A stretch of 64,000 bases of DNA, taken from the NCBI GenBank assembly GCA_041747755.1, contig JBGTEN010000001.1, positions 668-64,667 on the forward strand. Direction: 5' to 3'. Shown here piece after piece: positions 46,845 through 58,582 of the stretch (position 1 is the first letter of the stretch; every line of letters starts with the position of its first letter). A program made the translations under genes and the position numbers. This stretch comes from Arenibacter sp. GTDB lineage: Bacteria; Bacteroidota; Bacteroidia; Flavobacteriales; Flavobacteriaceae. Below the pieces are notes generated by a model. The model made no database searches. It was not told the origin of the DNA and saw only the letters and a program-made list of their open reading frames with translations.

Positions 46845-48998
46845 ATGAACAAACTGTCAACAAAAATAACTGCTTTTGTAGTTTTCTTTTTAGTTTTTGG
46901 CCTTTGCGTTAAAGCTCAAAAGTTTACAACTCATGCGGTAAAGGAAGGCGAGACATTAGAAAGTATTGCAAAGCTGTATAAAGTTACACCTTACAGCATT
47001 CTTTCCAACAATAAAGAAATTAAGCAGGGAGTAGCTATTAAGCCCAACACCATATTGGCAATTCCCGCTCCTAGCACTACCTCTTCAAATGGCGCAGCAC
47101 TGGCAACAAAGCCTTCAAGTTCTGCTCCTAAAGTCCCAAAAATAGAGCAGGAGGAACCTATAGGTTTTGTTTCTCACAATGTGAAGCGAAAGGAAACTCT
47201 TTTTGGTGTAGCTAAAGATTACGGAGTTACAGAAGAGGATATAAAAAGATATAATCGTGAACTTTATTCAGCACAGTTAAGAAGGGGGATGACCCTTAAA
47301 ATCCCAAAATATAAAAAAGTCAGAACCCAGGAAACACAGCTTAATGAGGAGGACTTCGAAATTTATTTGGTAAAGGCCAAAGAAACACGTTGGAGCATTG
47401 CACATAGATCGGGTATAACGATAGACAGCCTTCTGGTTTTAAATCCTCAACTGTCATCAGATAGAGATCTTCTTTCAGAAGGACAAGAACTAAGATTACC
47501 CAGAATAAAGGGAAGTACCATTAAGGAACAAGATGTACAGATATACACTTCGTACACCATTCCAAAAAAACAAACATTTTATTCTTTGGAGAAGCAGTTT
47601 GGGGTTACTTCAGAAGAGGTTATAAAGTTAAACCCCGAGGTTAAAGAACGAGGTCTTCAGGAAGGAATGGTAATTCGTCTACCCGGAAAGAAGGAGGTGG
47701 GTCATGAAATAACTACTGATAATTTTTTGTTTTATGAGGTTAAGCCCAAGCAGACAGAGTTTTCCTTAACCAGAAAATTGGGAATTAGTTATAAGGATCT
47801 TTTGGCTCTTAATCCCGATTTGTCTAAAGGACTTAAAGCAGGAATGGTATTAAAAATACCAAAAGAGAATGCAGGCCAGTTGGAAATTAAGAATGCACTT
47901 ATTTTAGATCGCATTAATTTAGTAGACAGTATAAATCGTTTTCATAAACCAAGATTGGTATTTCTGCTACCATTTCGTTTGGACAGATTAAATCTTAGCG
48001 ATCAGGAGGCTACAAAAAAAACCATAGAAAACAGCAATGCATTAAAATATAGTCTTGGACTCTATTCAGGGGCTCTGGTAGCCTTAGATTCCATAAAAAA
48101 GTTAGGAGTTTCAGTTGACGTAAAAACTTTTGACACCCAATTGACGGTTGAAAAAGTAAGATCTATTTTGGCTAGTGAGCGATGGGAGAATGTTAGTGCT
48201 ATTTTTGGTCCGTTAGATCCGAAATCAATTCAGGAAGTCGCTGTGAAGGCATCAAGTTATGATATTCCTGTAATAGCCCCTTTGGCATCCAACAGTGAAC
48301 TAAGTTTGGAAAATGTATTTTTCGCAACTACTACTGATGAAGAATTGCGCGAAAAAATGCTCGGTTTTACAAGAGATAAATGGACCAACGAAAATGTAAT
48401 TATTATAGCTGACGAAAAGAACAAACAAGTTGAAAAAAGTATCCTAGAAAAATTTCCAAATGCCAAGACTATTAGTTTAAAAGATAATCTCTCCATGAGT
48501 ATAGATCAGTTTAATAGTTTATTATCAAAAACAACTGAAAATTGGGTTTTTCTGGAAACAGATAATTTTAAGATTATTGCCAGCGTAACTTCTATATTAA
48601 ACTCCTCTTTGAGTAAAGATGTAAAAATAAACCTATTTACAACCGATAAGAATAAGGCTTTTGACAACGATGTTATTTCTAGTTCCCATTTGTCTAACTT
48701 ACGCTTTGCCTATCCGTCAATTTACAAAGAAATAGGTGAAGATTCCTTTGTTCGACTTTACAGGAAACGTTTTGGTAATGATCCCGACAGATATGCAGTA
48801 CGCGGTTTTGATGTTACGTACGATTTATTGTTGAAACTTGCCTATAAAAATGATTTGTTTGAAGCATCCAGAATAATTGGAGAAACCCAATATTCAGGAA
48901 ACAAGTTTGATTATTCCAAAGATATATCCTCCGGGTATTTCAATAAGGCATCCTATATCCTGAGATTTGAAAATATGCAGTTAACCGAAGTAAAATAA
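46845..48998 (+). CDS. LysM-repeat peptidoglycan-binding protein with C-terminal periplasmic-binding-protein-like domain
   Basis: Signal peptide from ATG 46845; at least four or five LysM-like modules (HAVKEGETLESIAKLYKV..., HNVKRKETLFGVAKDYGV..., YLVKAKETRWSIAHRSGI..., YTIPKKQTFYSLEKQFGV..., YEVKPKQTEFSLTRKLGI...); then a PBP type-1-like C-terminal half. Confidence 0.8.
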   Translation: MNKLSTKITAFVVFFLVFGLCVKAQKFTTHAVKEGETLESIAKLYKVTPYSILSNNKEIKQGVAIKPNTILAIPAPSTTSSNGAALATKPSSSAPKVPKIEQEEPIGFVSHNVKRKETLFGVAKDYGVTEEDIKRYNRELYSAQLRRGMTLKIPKYKKVRTQETQLNEEDFEIYLVKAKETRWSIAHRSGITIDSLLVLNPQLSSDRDLLSEGQELRLPRIKGSTIKEQDVQIYTSYTIPKKQTFYSLEKQFGVTSEEVIKLNPEVKERGLQEGMVIRLPGKKEVGHEITTDNFLFYEVKPKQTEFSLTRKLGISYKDLLALNPDLSKGLKAGMVLKIPKENAGQLEIKNALILDRINLVDSINRFHKPRLVFLLPFRLDRLNLSDQEATKKTIENSNALKYSLGLYSGALVALDSIKKLGVSVDVKTFDTQLTVEKVRSILASERWENVSAIFGPLDPKSIQEVAVKASSYDIPVIAPLASNSELSLENVFFATTTDEELREKMLGFTRDKWTNENVIIIADEKNKQVEKSILEKFPNAKTISLKDNLSMSIDQFNSLLSKTTENWVFLETDNFKIIASVTSILNSSLSKDVKINLFTTDKNKAFDNDVISSSHLSNLRFAYPSIYKEIGEDSFVRLYRKRFGNDPDRYAVRGFDVTYDLLLKLAYKNDLFEASRIIGETQYSGNKFDYSKDISSGYFNKASYILRFENMQLTEVK

Positions 48999-49007
48999 GA
49001 ACACAAA

Positions 49008-49412
49008 ATGACTTCAAAAGTTACCTATACGGGAAATTTACGAACAAGCTGTGAACACTTGAGTTCCGGTGATACATTTATTACAGATGCACCTATTGAC
49101 AACAATGGTCTGGGTCAGGCTTTTTCTCCAACCGATACAGTAGCTACCGGATTAGCAAGTTGTATGCTGACAATGATGGGTATAAAGTCTAAAGGGCTTG
49201 AGGTTGATCTTACCGGTTCTGTGGCGGAAGTCACTAAACACATGGCGGCAGATCCAAGACGTATTTCAAAAATTGATGTTCGTCTTACTCTTCCTGCTGC
49301 AGTTTCTGAAAGGGATCGTAAAGTTTTGGAACATACGGCAAGAACTTGCCCGGTACTCTTCAGTCTTCATCCGGATATTGAAAAAATAATCGACTTTCAT
49401 TGGGAGTTGTAA
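49008..49412 (+). CDS. OsmC-family peroxiredoxin-like protein
   Basis: 134 aa with the two conserved Cys contexts GLASCMLTMM and ARTCPV. Confidence 0.82.
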   Translation: MTSKVTYTGNLRTSCEHLSSGDTFITDAPIDNNGLGQAFSPTDTVATGLASCMLTMMGIKSKGLEVDLTGSVAEVTKHMAADPRRISKIDVRLTLPAAVSERDRKVLEHTARTCPVLFSLHPDIEKIIDFHWEL

Positions 49413-49933
49413 ACTATAGCGTTTTTTTTATTTTCTTTTGTCTCTGCGGATCAGTGTATTCACAAGAAGCAAATGCATTACAATGGAATGCTAAAAGAAA
49501 ACTTACTTGGGCCGATTTTAAAGGAGAACCTAAGTCAAAACAGTCAGTAGCTGCTCTTACGGCAAGTGGTATTTCTTACCAATTTTTAACAGATTGGAAA
49601 AACGGACAGATGGTGGTAGATTTTGAGGTTACGGCTTATTTTTATCCTGAGAAATCGTGGTATTGGCCAGAATTAAGTGATGCTGTAATTCTTGGTCATG
49701 AACAACTTCATTTTGATATTTCTGAGGTATTTGCCAGAAAAATGAGAGATCTTTTGGCGAATACTAAATTTTCAAATAATATAAAGGCTGAAGTAAGTAA
49801 AATTTATTCGCAAGTGCTTAAGGAGTTAGATCAGTTTCAGAATCAGTATGATAAAGAAACCAATTTTTCCAGAAATAGGGAACAACAACTACTTTGGAAT
49901 CAGAAGGTAGCTAAAATACTAAACTCCCCGTAG
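49400..49933 (+). CDS. DUF922-like secreted putative Zn-metallopeptidase
   Basis: HExxH motif (GHEQLHFD) and signal peptide MGVVNYSVFFIFFCLCGSVYSQ. The signal peptide exists only if the TTG at 49400 is used, which overlaps the OsmC 3' end by 13 nt. Confidence 0.68.
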   Translation: MGVVNYSVFFIFFCLCGSVYSQEANALQWNAKRKLTWADFKGEPKSKQSVAALTASGISYQFLTDWKNGQMVVDFEVTAYFYPEKSWYWPELSDAVILGHEQLHFDISEVFARKMRDLLANTKFSNNIKAEVSKIYSQVLKELDQFQNQYDKETNFSRNREQQLLWNQKVAKILNSP

Positions 49934-49983
49934 CCTCATTTATCTATAGAAAAGAAGTGAAATTCAATACCTTAAATAATTAC

Positions 49984-50997
49984 ATGAATTTAGTTAAAAT
50001 TTTTATCGGTCTTTTGCTAATCCACTTTTCTTTAAAGAGTGACATTATGTTGGCACAAACCGGATCAACATCGGGCTTGAAAACAAAACTCGTTCAACCT
50101 CCTTACTTAAAGGCAGGAGACACGGTCGCAATTGTGGCGCCCTCTGGTGTTTTGCTTAATCGAAACAATGAAGTAACATTGGCAACTAACTTGCTAAAAA
50201 GCTGGGGCTTGCATGTGGTTATTGGAAATCATGTTTTTAGGAAGCATGGTCATTTTGCAGGAACTGATTTGGAGCGGGCAGAAGATTTTCAAAAAGCCTT
50301 GGATAACCCTAAAATAAAGGCCATTTGGTGCGCTAGAGGTGGATATGGTACCGTACGCATTTTGGATAAACTAGATTACACTAAGTTCCGGCAACATCCA
50401 AAATGGTTATTGGGTTACTCGGACATAACAGCCCTGCACAATCAGTTTCATAATTTGGGTTATGAATCAATTCACACCTTAATGTGCACCAGCCTAGGTG
50501 AAGATGTATCAGGTTTGGAAAACACTATTGCTACCTTCAAAGAAGCTATTTTCGGTAAAAACTTGGCGTATACTCTTTCCGGTTCTCCATATAATAAATT
50601 GGGAACTAGTACCGCGCCTTTGGTTGGAGGCAATCTTACCATGCTACATACCATGTTGGGTTCAAGTACAAGTATTGATACCTCCGGAAAAGTACTGTTT
50701 ATTGAAGAGATTGGAGAGTATGCCTATCATATTGATAGAATGCTGCAAAGTTTAAAGCGTGCCGGTTATTTTGAGAATTGCAAAGGACTCCTTGTAGGAG
50801 ATATTACCAAAGTTCGAAAAAACACCACTGAATTTGGACGTACAATTGAAGAGATAATCTTAGATGCAGTAGCTGAGTATAATTTTCCTGTAGCCTTTAA
50901 TATGCCGGCAGGTCATGAAAAGGATAATCGTGCATTAATTTTAGGAAGAACAGTTCAGTTGAGTGTTACCAAGGGGCAATCCACTTTAAGGTTTTAA
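49984..50997 (+). CDS. LD-carboxypeptidase (peptidase S66, LdcA-like)
   Basis: GDTVAIVAPSG, IKAIWCARGGYG, LGYSDITALH (nucleophile Ser), MPAGHEKDN. Tracked start is GTG 49957, and ATG 49984 is preferred. Confidence 0.85.
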   Translation: MNLVKIFIGLLLIHFSLKSDIMLAQTGSTSGLKTKLVQPPYLKAGDTVAIVAPSGVLLNRNNEVTLATNLLKSWGLHVVIGNHVFRKHGHFAGTDLERAEDFQKALDNPKIKAIWCARGGYGTVRILDKLDYTKFRQHPKWLLGYSDITALHNQFHNLGYESIHTLMCTSLGEDVSGLENTIATFKEAIFGKNLAYTLSGSPYNKLGTSTAPLVGGNLTMLHTMLGSSTSIDTSGKVLFIEEIGEYAYHIDRMLQSLKRAGYFENCKGLLVGDITKVRKNTTEFGRTIEEIILDAVAEYNFPVAFNMPAGHEKDNRALILGRTVQLSVTKGQSTLRF

Positions 50998-51004
50998 TAT
51001 TATT

Positions 51005-51661
51005 TTACCTGTTAATAACCTCCTTTATAATAGTTCTTATCAAAGAAATATCCTCAACATGTTTTTTACGCTTTTCGGATTTCTTTCCATCTGAATTTTC
51101 CAAGCGGGACAAATAGGATGGATGTCTGGTTTTGATAAACATTTCAAAATCTTCGGCGTTACGAAACAAATTGAAAGTTTGGAAGTCAATATCAAAAACA
51201 ATCCCCTTCAGTCTTCTGGCAGATGCACCTGCGATTGCACCTCCCAATACAACGGCCTCTCTGCTAGTAAAATAGTCTTCAAAATAAATGTATTTGCTCC
51301 CAATTAGCTGAGCCTTTAAATGGTAACTGCCGTCATCTTTTAATTGACCCCGGTCTGATCTTTCAAATCGTTTCATCATTTCTTTTACTTGAACGTATAA
51401 GTGTCCATTTTCAATAAAAGCAAATTTATCTTTTAGGCGTTCTCCGGTATCGGCGTTATAAAACCTGTTTGAAATTGTGTCAGATCCTATTTTTATAGTC
51501 CATTGTGTAATCGTATCATTAGGAAGGGCAAACAAAAAATCATTAAAGGTGTTGTAAATACCTGCGGGATAGTAAACATGTGCGGTAATACCTTTTTTTT
51601 CTTGGCCTTCTACATGAATGCTTAATAAAAAAAGATGGTTGCGGATAACAGAAGAATACAT
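51005..51661 (-). CDS. hypothetical protein
   Basis: 218-aa ORF with a stop codon 16 codons upstream of the ATG and no alternative start. No recognised family and no clear signal peptide. Confidence 0.5.
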   Translation of the reverse strand: MYSSVIRNHLFLLSIHVEGQEKKGITAHVYYPAGIYNTFNDFLFALPNDTITQWTIKIGSDTISNRFYNADTGERLKDKFAFIENGHLYVQVKEMMKRFERSDRGQLKDDGSYHLKAQLIGSKYIYFEDYFTSREAVVLGGAIAGASARRLKGIVFDIDFQTFNLFRNAEDFEMFIKTRHPSYLSRLENSDGKKSEKRKKHVEDISLIRTIIKEVINR

Positions 51662-51858
51662 TTTGAAAGGTTCATAGCGGTTGGATTTTGGGAATACTAA
51701 ATAGCAGATTTAGAAAAATAGAATACACAGAATCGAAGGTAGGAAAAATAGTATTTTCCAAAGCATGCTAATTTAGCTATTTCTTGTTTTTTGTCAAATT
51801 TTAAACGGCTACCGAGAAATGGACAGAAGTTTATAATAGGACAACCAATTAGGTACGT

Positions 51859-51886
51859 AAAAAAAACCACAGCAGAAGGGCTGTGG
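51859..51886 (-). terminator. intrinsic terminator after 51913..52782
   Basis: The minus strand reads CCACAGC-CCTTCT-GCTGTGG-TTTTTTTT. Confidence 0.75.
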
Positions 51887-51912
51887 CTAAGAATAAACTT
51901 AAATGCGTTACC

Positions 51913-52782
51913 TTATACATCACAGATTGTAATTCCTTCTTTTAAAGATGCAATTTTATCCTCCCAAGTTGGAAGATACTCTTGTGCAACATATCCCTTA
52001 TACCCGGTTTCCAAAATAGCTTTCATAATAGCAGGATAGAAAAGCTCCTGAGTTTCATTGATTTCGTTTCTCCCTGGATTACCACCGGTGTGATAATGTC
52101 CAAAATAGGGATGGCTTTCTTTAATGGTACGGATAATATCCCCTTCCATAATCTGCATATGATAAATATCATAAAGCAATTTAAAATTTTCAGAACCAAT
52201 TTCCTTACATAACGCAACACCCCAAGCACTAGTGTCGCACATATAATCTTTATGGTCAACTTTAGAATTAAGGAGTTCCATTTGAATAACTACCCCGTGT
52301 TTTTCTGCTATTGGCATAATTTTTTTTAATCCCTCTGCGCAGTTTTTAAGTCCAACAGTAGCATCCATGCCATTACGATTGCCGCTAAAGCAAATTAAAT
52401 TGGTGTAGCCCTCAGCAGCTACTCTCGGTATCATCTGGGAATAATCTTTTATTAGCTCTTCATGTAATTTTGGGTCGTTCCAGCCTTTTTCAATTCCTAA
52501 ACCGGCCCCCCAACACATTGATGCATGGATATTGTACTTTTTCATTAATGGCCAATCTTCGGGTCCGGTTAAGTCCATCGCCTTTATGCCTAGTTCATTG
52601 AGATTTTTCAAAAAATCCTCCATTGGAATACCCCGATAGCACCAGCGACACACACTGTGATTAATATTTCCTTTAAGTTCTCCTGCTTTCTGGTTTTTTG
52701 TTGGATTGGCGCTGGCGGTGTGAACTGCCAAAAGTCCCACAGATGCCACAGCCGAGGTCCCGATAAATGTTCTTCGTTTCAT
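51913..52782 (-). CDS. Tat-signal xylose-isomerase-like TIM-barrel protein (hydroxypyruvate isomerase / sugar phosphate isomerase-epimerase family)
   Basis: Tat motif KRRTFIGTSAVASVGLLA; AP-endonuclease-2/TIM barrel pattern (ICFSGN..., QMELLN..., YDIYHMQIMEGD, GHYHTGG). Confidence 0.82.
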   Translation of the reverse strand: MKRRTFIGTSAVASVGLLAVHTASANPTKNQKAGELKGNINHSVCRWCYRGIPMEDFLKNLNELGIKAMDLTGPEDWPLMKKYNIHASMCWGAGLGIEKGWNDPKLHEELIKDYSQMIPRVAAEGYTNLICFSGNRNGMDATVGLKNCAEGLKKIMPIAEKHGVVIQMELLNSKVDHKDYMCDTSAWGVALCKEIGSENFKLLYDIYHMQIMEGDIIRTIKESHPYFGHYHTGGNPGRNEINETQELFYPAIMKAILETGYKGYVAQEYLPTWEDKIASLKEGITICDV

Positions 52783-52828
52783 TTAAAATTAATTTATGAC
52801 CTTTAAAGATATATTTTTTAGCATTAAA

Positions 52829-53065
52829 ATGGAATTATATCCGGATAAAAATGAGTTGGTTACCCTGGCACATTACAAAATGCCTTTTGGAAAGTTTAAG
52901 GGGAAATATCTTGTAGATTTGCCTGAGTCTTACTTAATATGGTTTCAACGACAAGGATTTCCGGAGGGAAAGCTTGGTAACTTACTGAAAGCCATGTTAG
53001 AAATAAAAATAAATGAGTTAGAGCCACTTATTCGCAAAATACAAAAAGATTTTCCTTTGGATTGA
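52829..53065 (+). CDS. DUF3820 family protein
   Basis: MPFGKFKGKYLVDLPESYLIWFQRQGFPEGKLG signature. The tracked ORF starts at 52796, and ATG 52829 (MELYPDK) is an alternative start. Confidence 0.7.
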   Translation: MELYPDKNELVTLAHYKMPFGKFKGKYLVDLPESYLIWFQRQGFPEGKLGNLLKAMLEIKINELEPLIRKIQKDFPLD

Positions 53066-53096
53066 CTGTGATATGTGGTAGCAATTTGTATTTTTG
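53062..53096 (+). promoter_or_regulatory. candidate promoter (-7 box TATTTTTG) for pyrG
   Basis: TATTTTTG at 53089..53096, 30 nt before the ATG. The nearest TTG (53062) is 24 nt upstream, slightly longer than the usual spacer. Confidence 0.35.
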
Positions 53097-53119
53097 CTTG
53101 CGTTACGAATTCAACCTAA

Positions 53120-54787
<1,668 letters not shown>

Positions 54788-54858
54788 CTTACAACAATCA
54801 AATCGTTATAGTCCCTCTTAAAATTTTAAGATTATAGGGTATATTAAATCAAATTTAA

Positions 54859-56712
54859 ATGGAAGAAAAGAAAATAGACATAAATACCATAATTGGTTTT
54901 GTATTGATTTTTGCGATACTTATTTTTATGTTTTACCAAAATCAACCAAGTCCTGAAGAAATTGAAGCACGGAGAGTTCAGCAAGAAAAAATTGACGCCC
55001 AGTCAAAAGTAAATGAGCCTTTAAGTCAGAAGGTTAAGGAATCAAATATGCTTATCCCCGGAGATTCCAGTGCAATTGCCAGCTTCAAAAATGCTATCGG
55101 TGCCTTTGGGTATACTACTCCTTCTGATGATATTACCGTTTTGGAGAATAATTTGGTTTATTTGAGAATTAGCAACAAGGGCGGACAAATTGTTGAGGCC
55201 AGAATAAAGGGTTATAATACGTATGATTCGCTACCACTTCATTTAATTAAGGATGGGAACGCCTCTTTTGGATTAACTTTTACAACCTCGGATAACCGAG
55301 TTTTAAATACAAACGATTTGTATTTTGAACCAGTTATGAGTCAATCCGGTAATAACCAGATTCTATCAATGCAGGCTAAGGTGGCTCCTAATCAATTTTT
55401 GGAGTATCGCTATGAAATGAAGCCAGATGATTATTTGCTGGACTTCAACATTCGTTCTCAAGGACTAAATGGTATTATAAATGGCAGTCAACCGGTAAAT
55501 CTGGAATGGAAGTTAAGAACTATCCGACACTCCAAAAGTATTCAATATGAAAACCGATATACGAGGCTTACGTATAACCATAAGGATGGAAAAATAAGTA
55601 AACTCTCAGAAGGTAGTGATGACGAAGAAACAGAGGCTAACATCAAATGGTTATCTTACAGGCAACATTTTTTTAGTTCTATTTTAACTACCAAAACCCC
55701 TTTTGAAACAGGAAAATTAAGTTCCGTAAATTTAGTAAAAGAGGAAAGCAAGACGGCAGGTTTTAGTAAAGATTATGCTTCTTTGGTGCCATTAAAGTTG
55801 GAGGCAGGTGAATTATCCTATGCGATGAACTGGTATTACGGACCAACAGATGTAAAGATTTTGGCTCAATACAAAGAATTAGGCTTAGAAGATTCTATTC
55901 CCTTTGGATGGGGGATTTTCGGATGGATTAACCGCTATATTTTTACCCCATTATTCTCCTTTTTAATTTTGTATTTCCCTCATGGTATTGCCATTGTGGT
56001 TATGACAATTATTGTTCGTCTGGTAATGTCTCCTGCAACTTATAAGTCCTATTTGTCTCAAGCCAAAATGAAGGTTCTAAAACCTGAAATCACTGAGCTG
56101 AACGAAAAATACAAGGACAATGCCATGAAAAAGCAACAAGAGACCATGAAGTTGTACAATAAGGCCGGTGTAAGTCCCATGAGTGGCTGTCTTCCCGCTG
56201 TTTTGCAGTTGCCTATTTTTTATGCTCTTTTTATGTTTTTTCCAACTTCATTTGCATTACGTCAAAAACCTTTTCTATGGGCTGATGACCTTGCCTCTTA
56301 TGATACCATTGCTCAATTGCCATTTAGCATCCCTTTTTATGGCGACCATGTGAGTTTGTTCCCTATTTTGGCATCTATAGCCATCTTCTTTTATATGATG
56401 ATGACTACAGGACAAAACATGCCTACACAGCCTGGAATGCCTAATATGAAATTTATTATGTATTTGTCACCATTACTAATGTTGTTTTTCTTTAATAGTT
56501 ATGCTAGTGGATTAAGTTTGTATTATTTTGTTTCCAACCTAATTACCATCTTAATTATGTTGGCAATTAAAAAGTTTATCCTGAACGAGGATAAGATTCA
56601 TGCACAGATTCAGGAAAATAAATTGAAACCAAAAAAGGAGAACAAATTTCAACGCAAGATGAGAGAAATGATGGAGCAAGCAGAGGAGCAAAAGAAGTTA
56701 GGCAAAAAGTAA
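54859..56712 (+). CDS. yidC: membrane protein insertase YidC (long Bacteroidota form)
   Basis: N-terminal TM, large periplasmic domain, then the conserved C-terminal core (MKVLKPEI...MKLYNKAGVSPMSGCLPAVLQLPIFYALF...LWADDL). Confidence 0.95.
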   Translation: MEEKKIDINTIIGFVLIFAILIFMFYQNQPSPEEIEARRVQQEKIDAQSKVNEPLSQKVKESNMLIPGDSSAIASFKNAIGAFGYTTPSDDITVLENNLVYLRISNKGGQIVEARIKGYNTYDSLPLHLIKDGNASFGLTFTTSDNRVLNTNDLYFEPVMSQSGNNQILSMQAKVAPNQFLEYRYEMKPDDYLLDFNIRSQGLNGIINGSQPVNLEWKLRTIRHSKSIQYENRYTRLTYNHKDGKISKLSEGSDDEETEANIKWLSYRQHFFSSILTTKTPFETGKLSSVNLVKEESKTAGFSKDYASLVPLKLEAGELSYAMNWYYGPTDVKILAQYKELGLEDSIPFGWGIFGWINRYIFTPLFSFLILYFPHGIAIVVMTIIVRLVMSPATYKSYLSQAKMKVLKPEITELNEKYKDNAMKKQQETMKLYNKAGVSPMSGCLPAVLQLPIFYALFMFFPTSFALRQKPFLWADDLASYDTIAQLPFSIPFYGDHVSLFPILASIAIFFYMMMTTGQNMPTQPGMPNMKFIMYLSPLLMLFFFNSYASGLSLYYFVSNLITILIMLAIKKFILNEDKIHAQIQENKLKPKKENKFQRKMREMMEQAEEQKKLGKK

Positions 56713-56734
56713 GTATCTCTTCTTTAATTAAAAT

Positions 56735-56780
56735 AAAAGCTCCCGTTTGTCTATTAGAAAATAGCATTCGGGAGCTTTTT
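56735..56780 (+). terminator. intrinsic terminator after yidC
   Basis: AAAAGCTCCCG ... CGGGAGCTTTTT. An 11-bp stem including the A/T extension, a long loop, and a T-run. Confidence 0.6.
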
Positions 56781-56934
56781 GATACTTAGGTTGGTTTGGT
56801 AAGATTTGGGTTAGCAAAGATTGCTTTTAAAAAGTTTCAAAAGAAGTAATAGTTGTGTAATCGGCAAATAAGTATGGCAAATGGTCTACTAATGATGCAG
56901 AAATTTTCAAAGTAATTTTGGAATCGACTTAGAA

Positions 56935-56985
56935 ATAAAAAACTTCCCAACAAATTTTCTGTAGCGAGTTTGAAGGGAAGCTTTT
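56935..56985 (-). terminator. intrinsic terminator after the triple-FAS1 gene
   Basis: The minus strand reads CTTCCC-(26-nt loop)-GGGAAG-TTTTTTAT. Confidence 0.45.
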
Positions 56986-57031
56986 AAAACAACTAATAAC
57001 AAATCGATAACAACTTTTAAGGGGGAACTTT

Positions 57032-58582
57032 TTAATTATTTAAAATGTCTAATACTTCTTGAGGTAACAAAACTTTGTTTATAACGTGTACAACACCGTT
57101 ACTAGTTTCAACATCTGCCATTACCACCTCTGCATCAATATCAGTAGCATCTTGTATAAAAACACCCCCGGTTAGATTAATGGTAACATTTTCTCCTTGT
57201 ACTGTTGGGATCATTTGTCCAGCAGTTAAATTGGTTGATAGTGCAGCTGCACCTGAAACTACATGGTAAGTAAGTACTTTAGTCAATAATTCCTTTTCTG
57301 CCGGAGTATCAAAATCTTCCAAGGAGTTGAAATCATCGCCTAAGGCATCTAATAGTGCGGCAAAAGCAGCATTTGTAGGAGCAAAAACGGTAAAAGGACC
57401 TTCACCATTTAACACTTCAACAAGGCCGGCATCAGCTTGAATAAGCGCATCTACCAACAAGCTTAAATCCGGAACACTCTGAGCGGTTGCAACAATGTTT
57501 GGTAAGGAAGGATTAAGTGCATCTAGCACCTCTTGTGGCAATAAGACTTTGTCGATTACATGTACAACTCCATTGCTGGTTAGTACATCAGCCATCACAA
57601 CTTCGGCTGCTTCAACTTCTGCGGCTTGCTTATCTTTTATAAAAACACCACTTTCTAAACTTACGGTTACATCTTCCCCTTGTACTGTTGGTATCATTTG
57701 ACCTTCAGATAAATCCGTAGATAATGCTGCAGCTCCAGAAACTACATGGTATGTTAACACTTTGGCTAAAAGTTCTTTTTCAGCTTCTGTATCAAAATCC
57801 TCTAATGAATTATATTCATCACCCAATGCATCTAACAAAGCAGCGAAAGCAGCATTCGTCGGTGCAAAAACAGTAAAAGAACCTTCACTGCTCAAAACTT
57901 CTACCAATCCGGCATCTGCCTGTATAAGAGCAGCTACCAATAAGCTAAGATCAGGAACAGTTAGTGCAGTTTCAACAATATTTAGCTCAGGTTCTTCTCC
58001 CAAAGAGTTGACAAAATCAATTGCTGATTGAGGTAACAAAACCTTATCTATAATATGTACAACTCCGTTGGTAGCCGCTACATCCGCTGCAGTAATATTT
58101 GCATTCACTCCTGAGGCATCTCCTAGAACAAAGGAACTACCTGAAGCAATCACTTGAATATTGTTTCCTGAAAAAGCTGTGCTTACATTTCCAGCAGCTA
58201 AGTCAGTAGATTTTACTTCTGCAGGGATTACATGGTAAAGAAGGATATCTCTTAGTAAATCTTTTTCAGCTTGCGTATCAAAATCTGCAAGGCTATTGTA
58301 ATCATCTCCCAAGGCATTTAGCAATGCAGTAAAAGCTGCATCGGTAGGAGCGAAAACGGTAAAGGGACCTGTACCACTCAACGTAGTTGCAAGTCCGGCA
58401 TCGGCCTGACCGATTGCCGCAACCAGAGCACTTAAATTAGGTGTGGCAGAAGCCAGCTGTACAATATTTGATGTTGGTTGTGGAACTACAGGGCCATTGT
58501 CATCATCATTGTTGCAGGATAGGAGCAGAAATGAAATGATTGTGGTCATGGCAATACCATTCAATCTCAATAATTTTTTCAT
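57032..58582 (-). CDS. fasciclin (FAS1) triple-domain lipoprotein
   Basis: Lipobox LLLSC. Three FAS1 units, each with FTVFAPT(D/N)AAF...L.YHV...NGVVH.I(D/N)KVLLP. Confidence 0.85.
   Translation of the reverse strand: MKKLLRLNGIAMTTIISFLLLSCNNDDDNGPVVPQPTSNIVQLASATPNLSALVAAIGQADAGLATTLSGTGPFTVFAPTDAAFTALLNALGDDYNSLADFDTQAEKDLLRDILLYHVIPAEVKSTDLAAGNVSTAFSGNNIQVIASGSSFVLGDASGVNANITAADVAATNGVVHIIDKVLLPQSAIDFVNSLGEEPELNIVETALTVPDLSLLVAALIQADAGLVEVLSSEGSFTVFAPTNAAFAALLDALGDEYNSLEDFDTEAEKELLAKVLTYHVVSGAAALSTDLSEGQMIPTVQGEDVTVSLESGVFIKDKQAAEVEAAEVVMADVLTSNGVVHVIDKVLLPQEVLDALNPSLPNIVATAQSVPDLSLLVDALIQADAGLVEVLNGEGPFTVFAPTNAAFAALLDALGDDFNSLEDFDTPAEKELLTKVLTYHVVSGAAALSTNLTAGQMIPTVQGENVTINLTGGVFIQDATDIDAEVVMADVETSNGVVHVINKVLLPQEVLDILNN
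57044..57499 (-). repeat. FAS1 coding repeat, copy 3 (aa 362-513)
   Basis: Collinear with copy 2 (NIVxTAxxVPDLSLLVxALIQADAGLVEVL...FTVFAPTNAAFAALLDALGD...). Confidence 0.8.
57515..57982 (-). repeat. FAS1 coding repeat, copy 2 (aa 201-356 of the 516-aa protein)
   Basis: By eye the protein sequence is about 85% identical to copy 3, while the DNA is much more diverged at synonymous positions. Confidence 0.8.

Noticed and set aside
51791-52259. ORFs 51791..52039 (+), 51982..52212 (+) and 52023..52259 (-).
   Set aside because: They overlap the Tat-signal TIM-barrel gene and its terminator. The first starts at a non-ATG codon and runs through the strong minus-strand terminator hairpin.
57044-57982. 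Repeated about 460-bp units in the fasciclin gene, considered as a non-coding tandem repeat or recombination hotspot.
   Set aside because: The units are in-frame FAS1 domain duplications with diverged synonymous sites, not a recent or non-coding repeat. They are reported instead as a coding-domain duplication.
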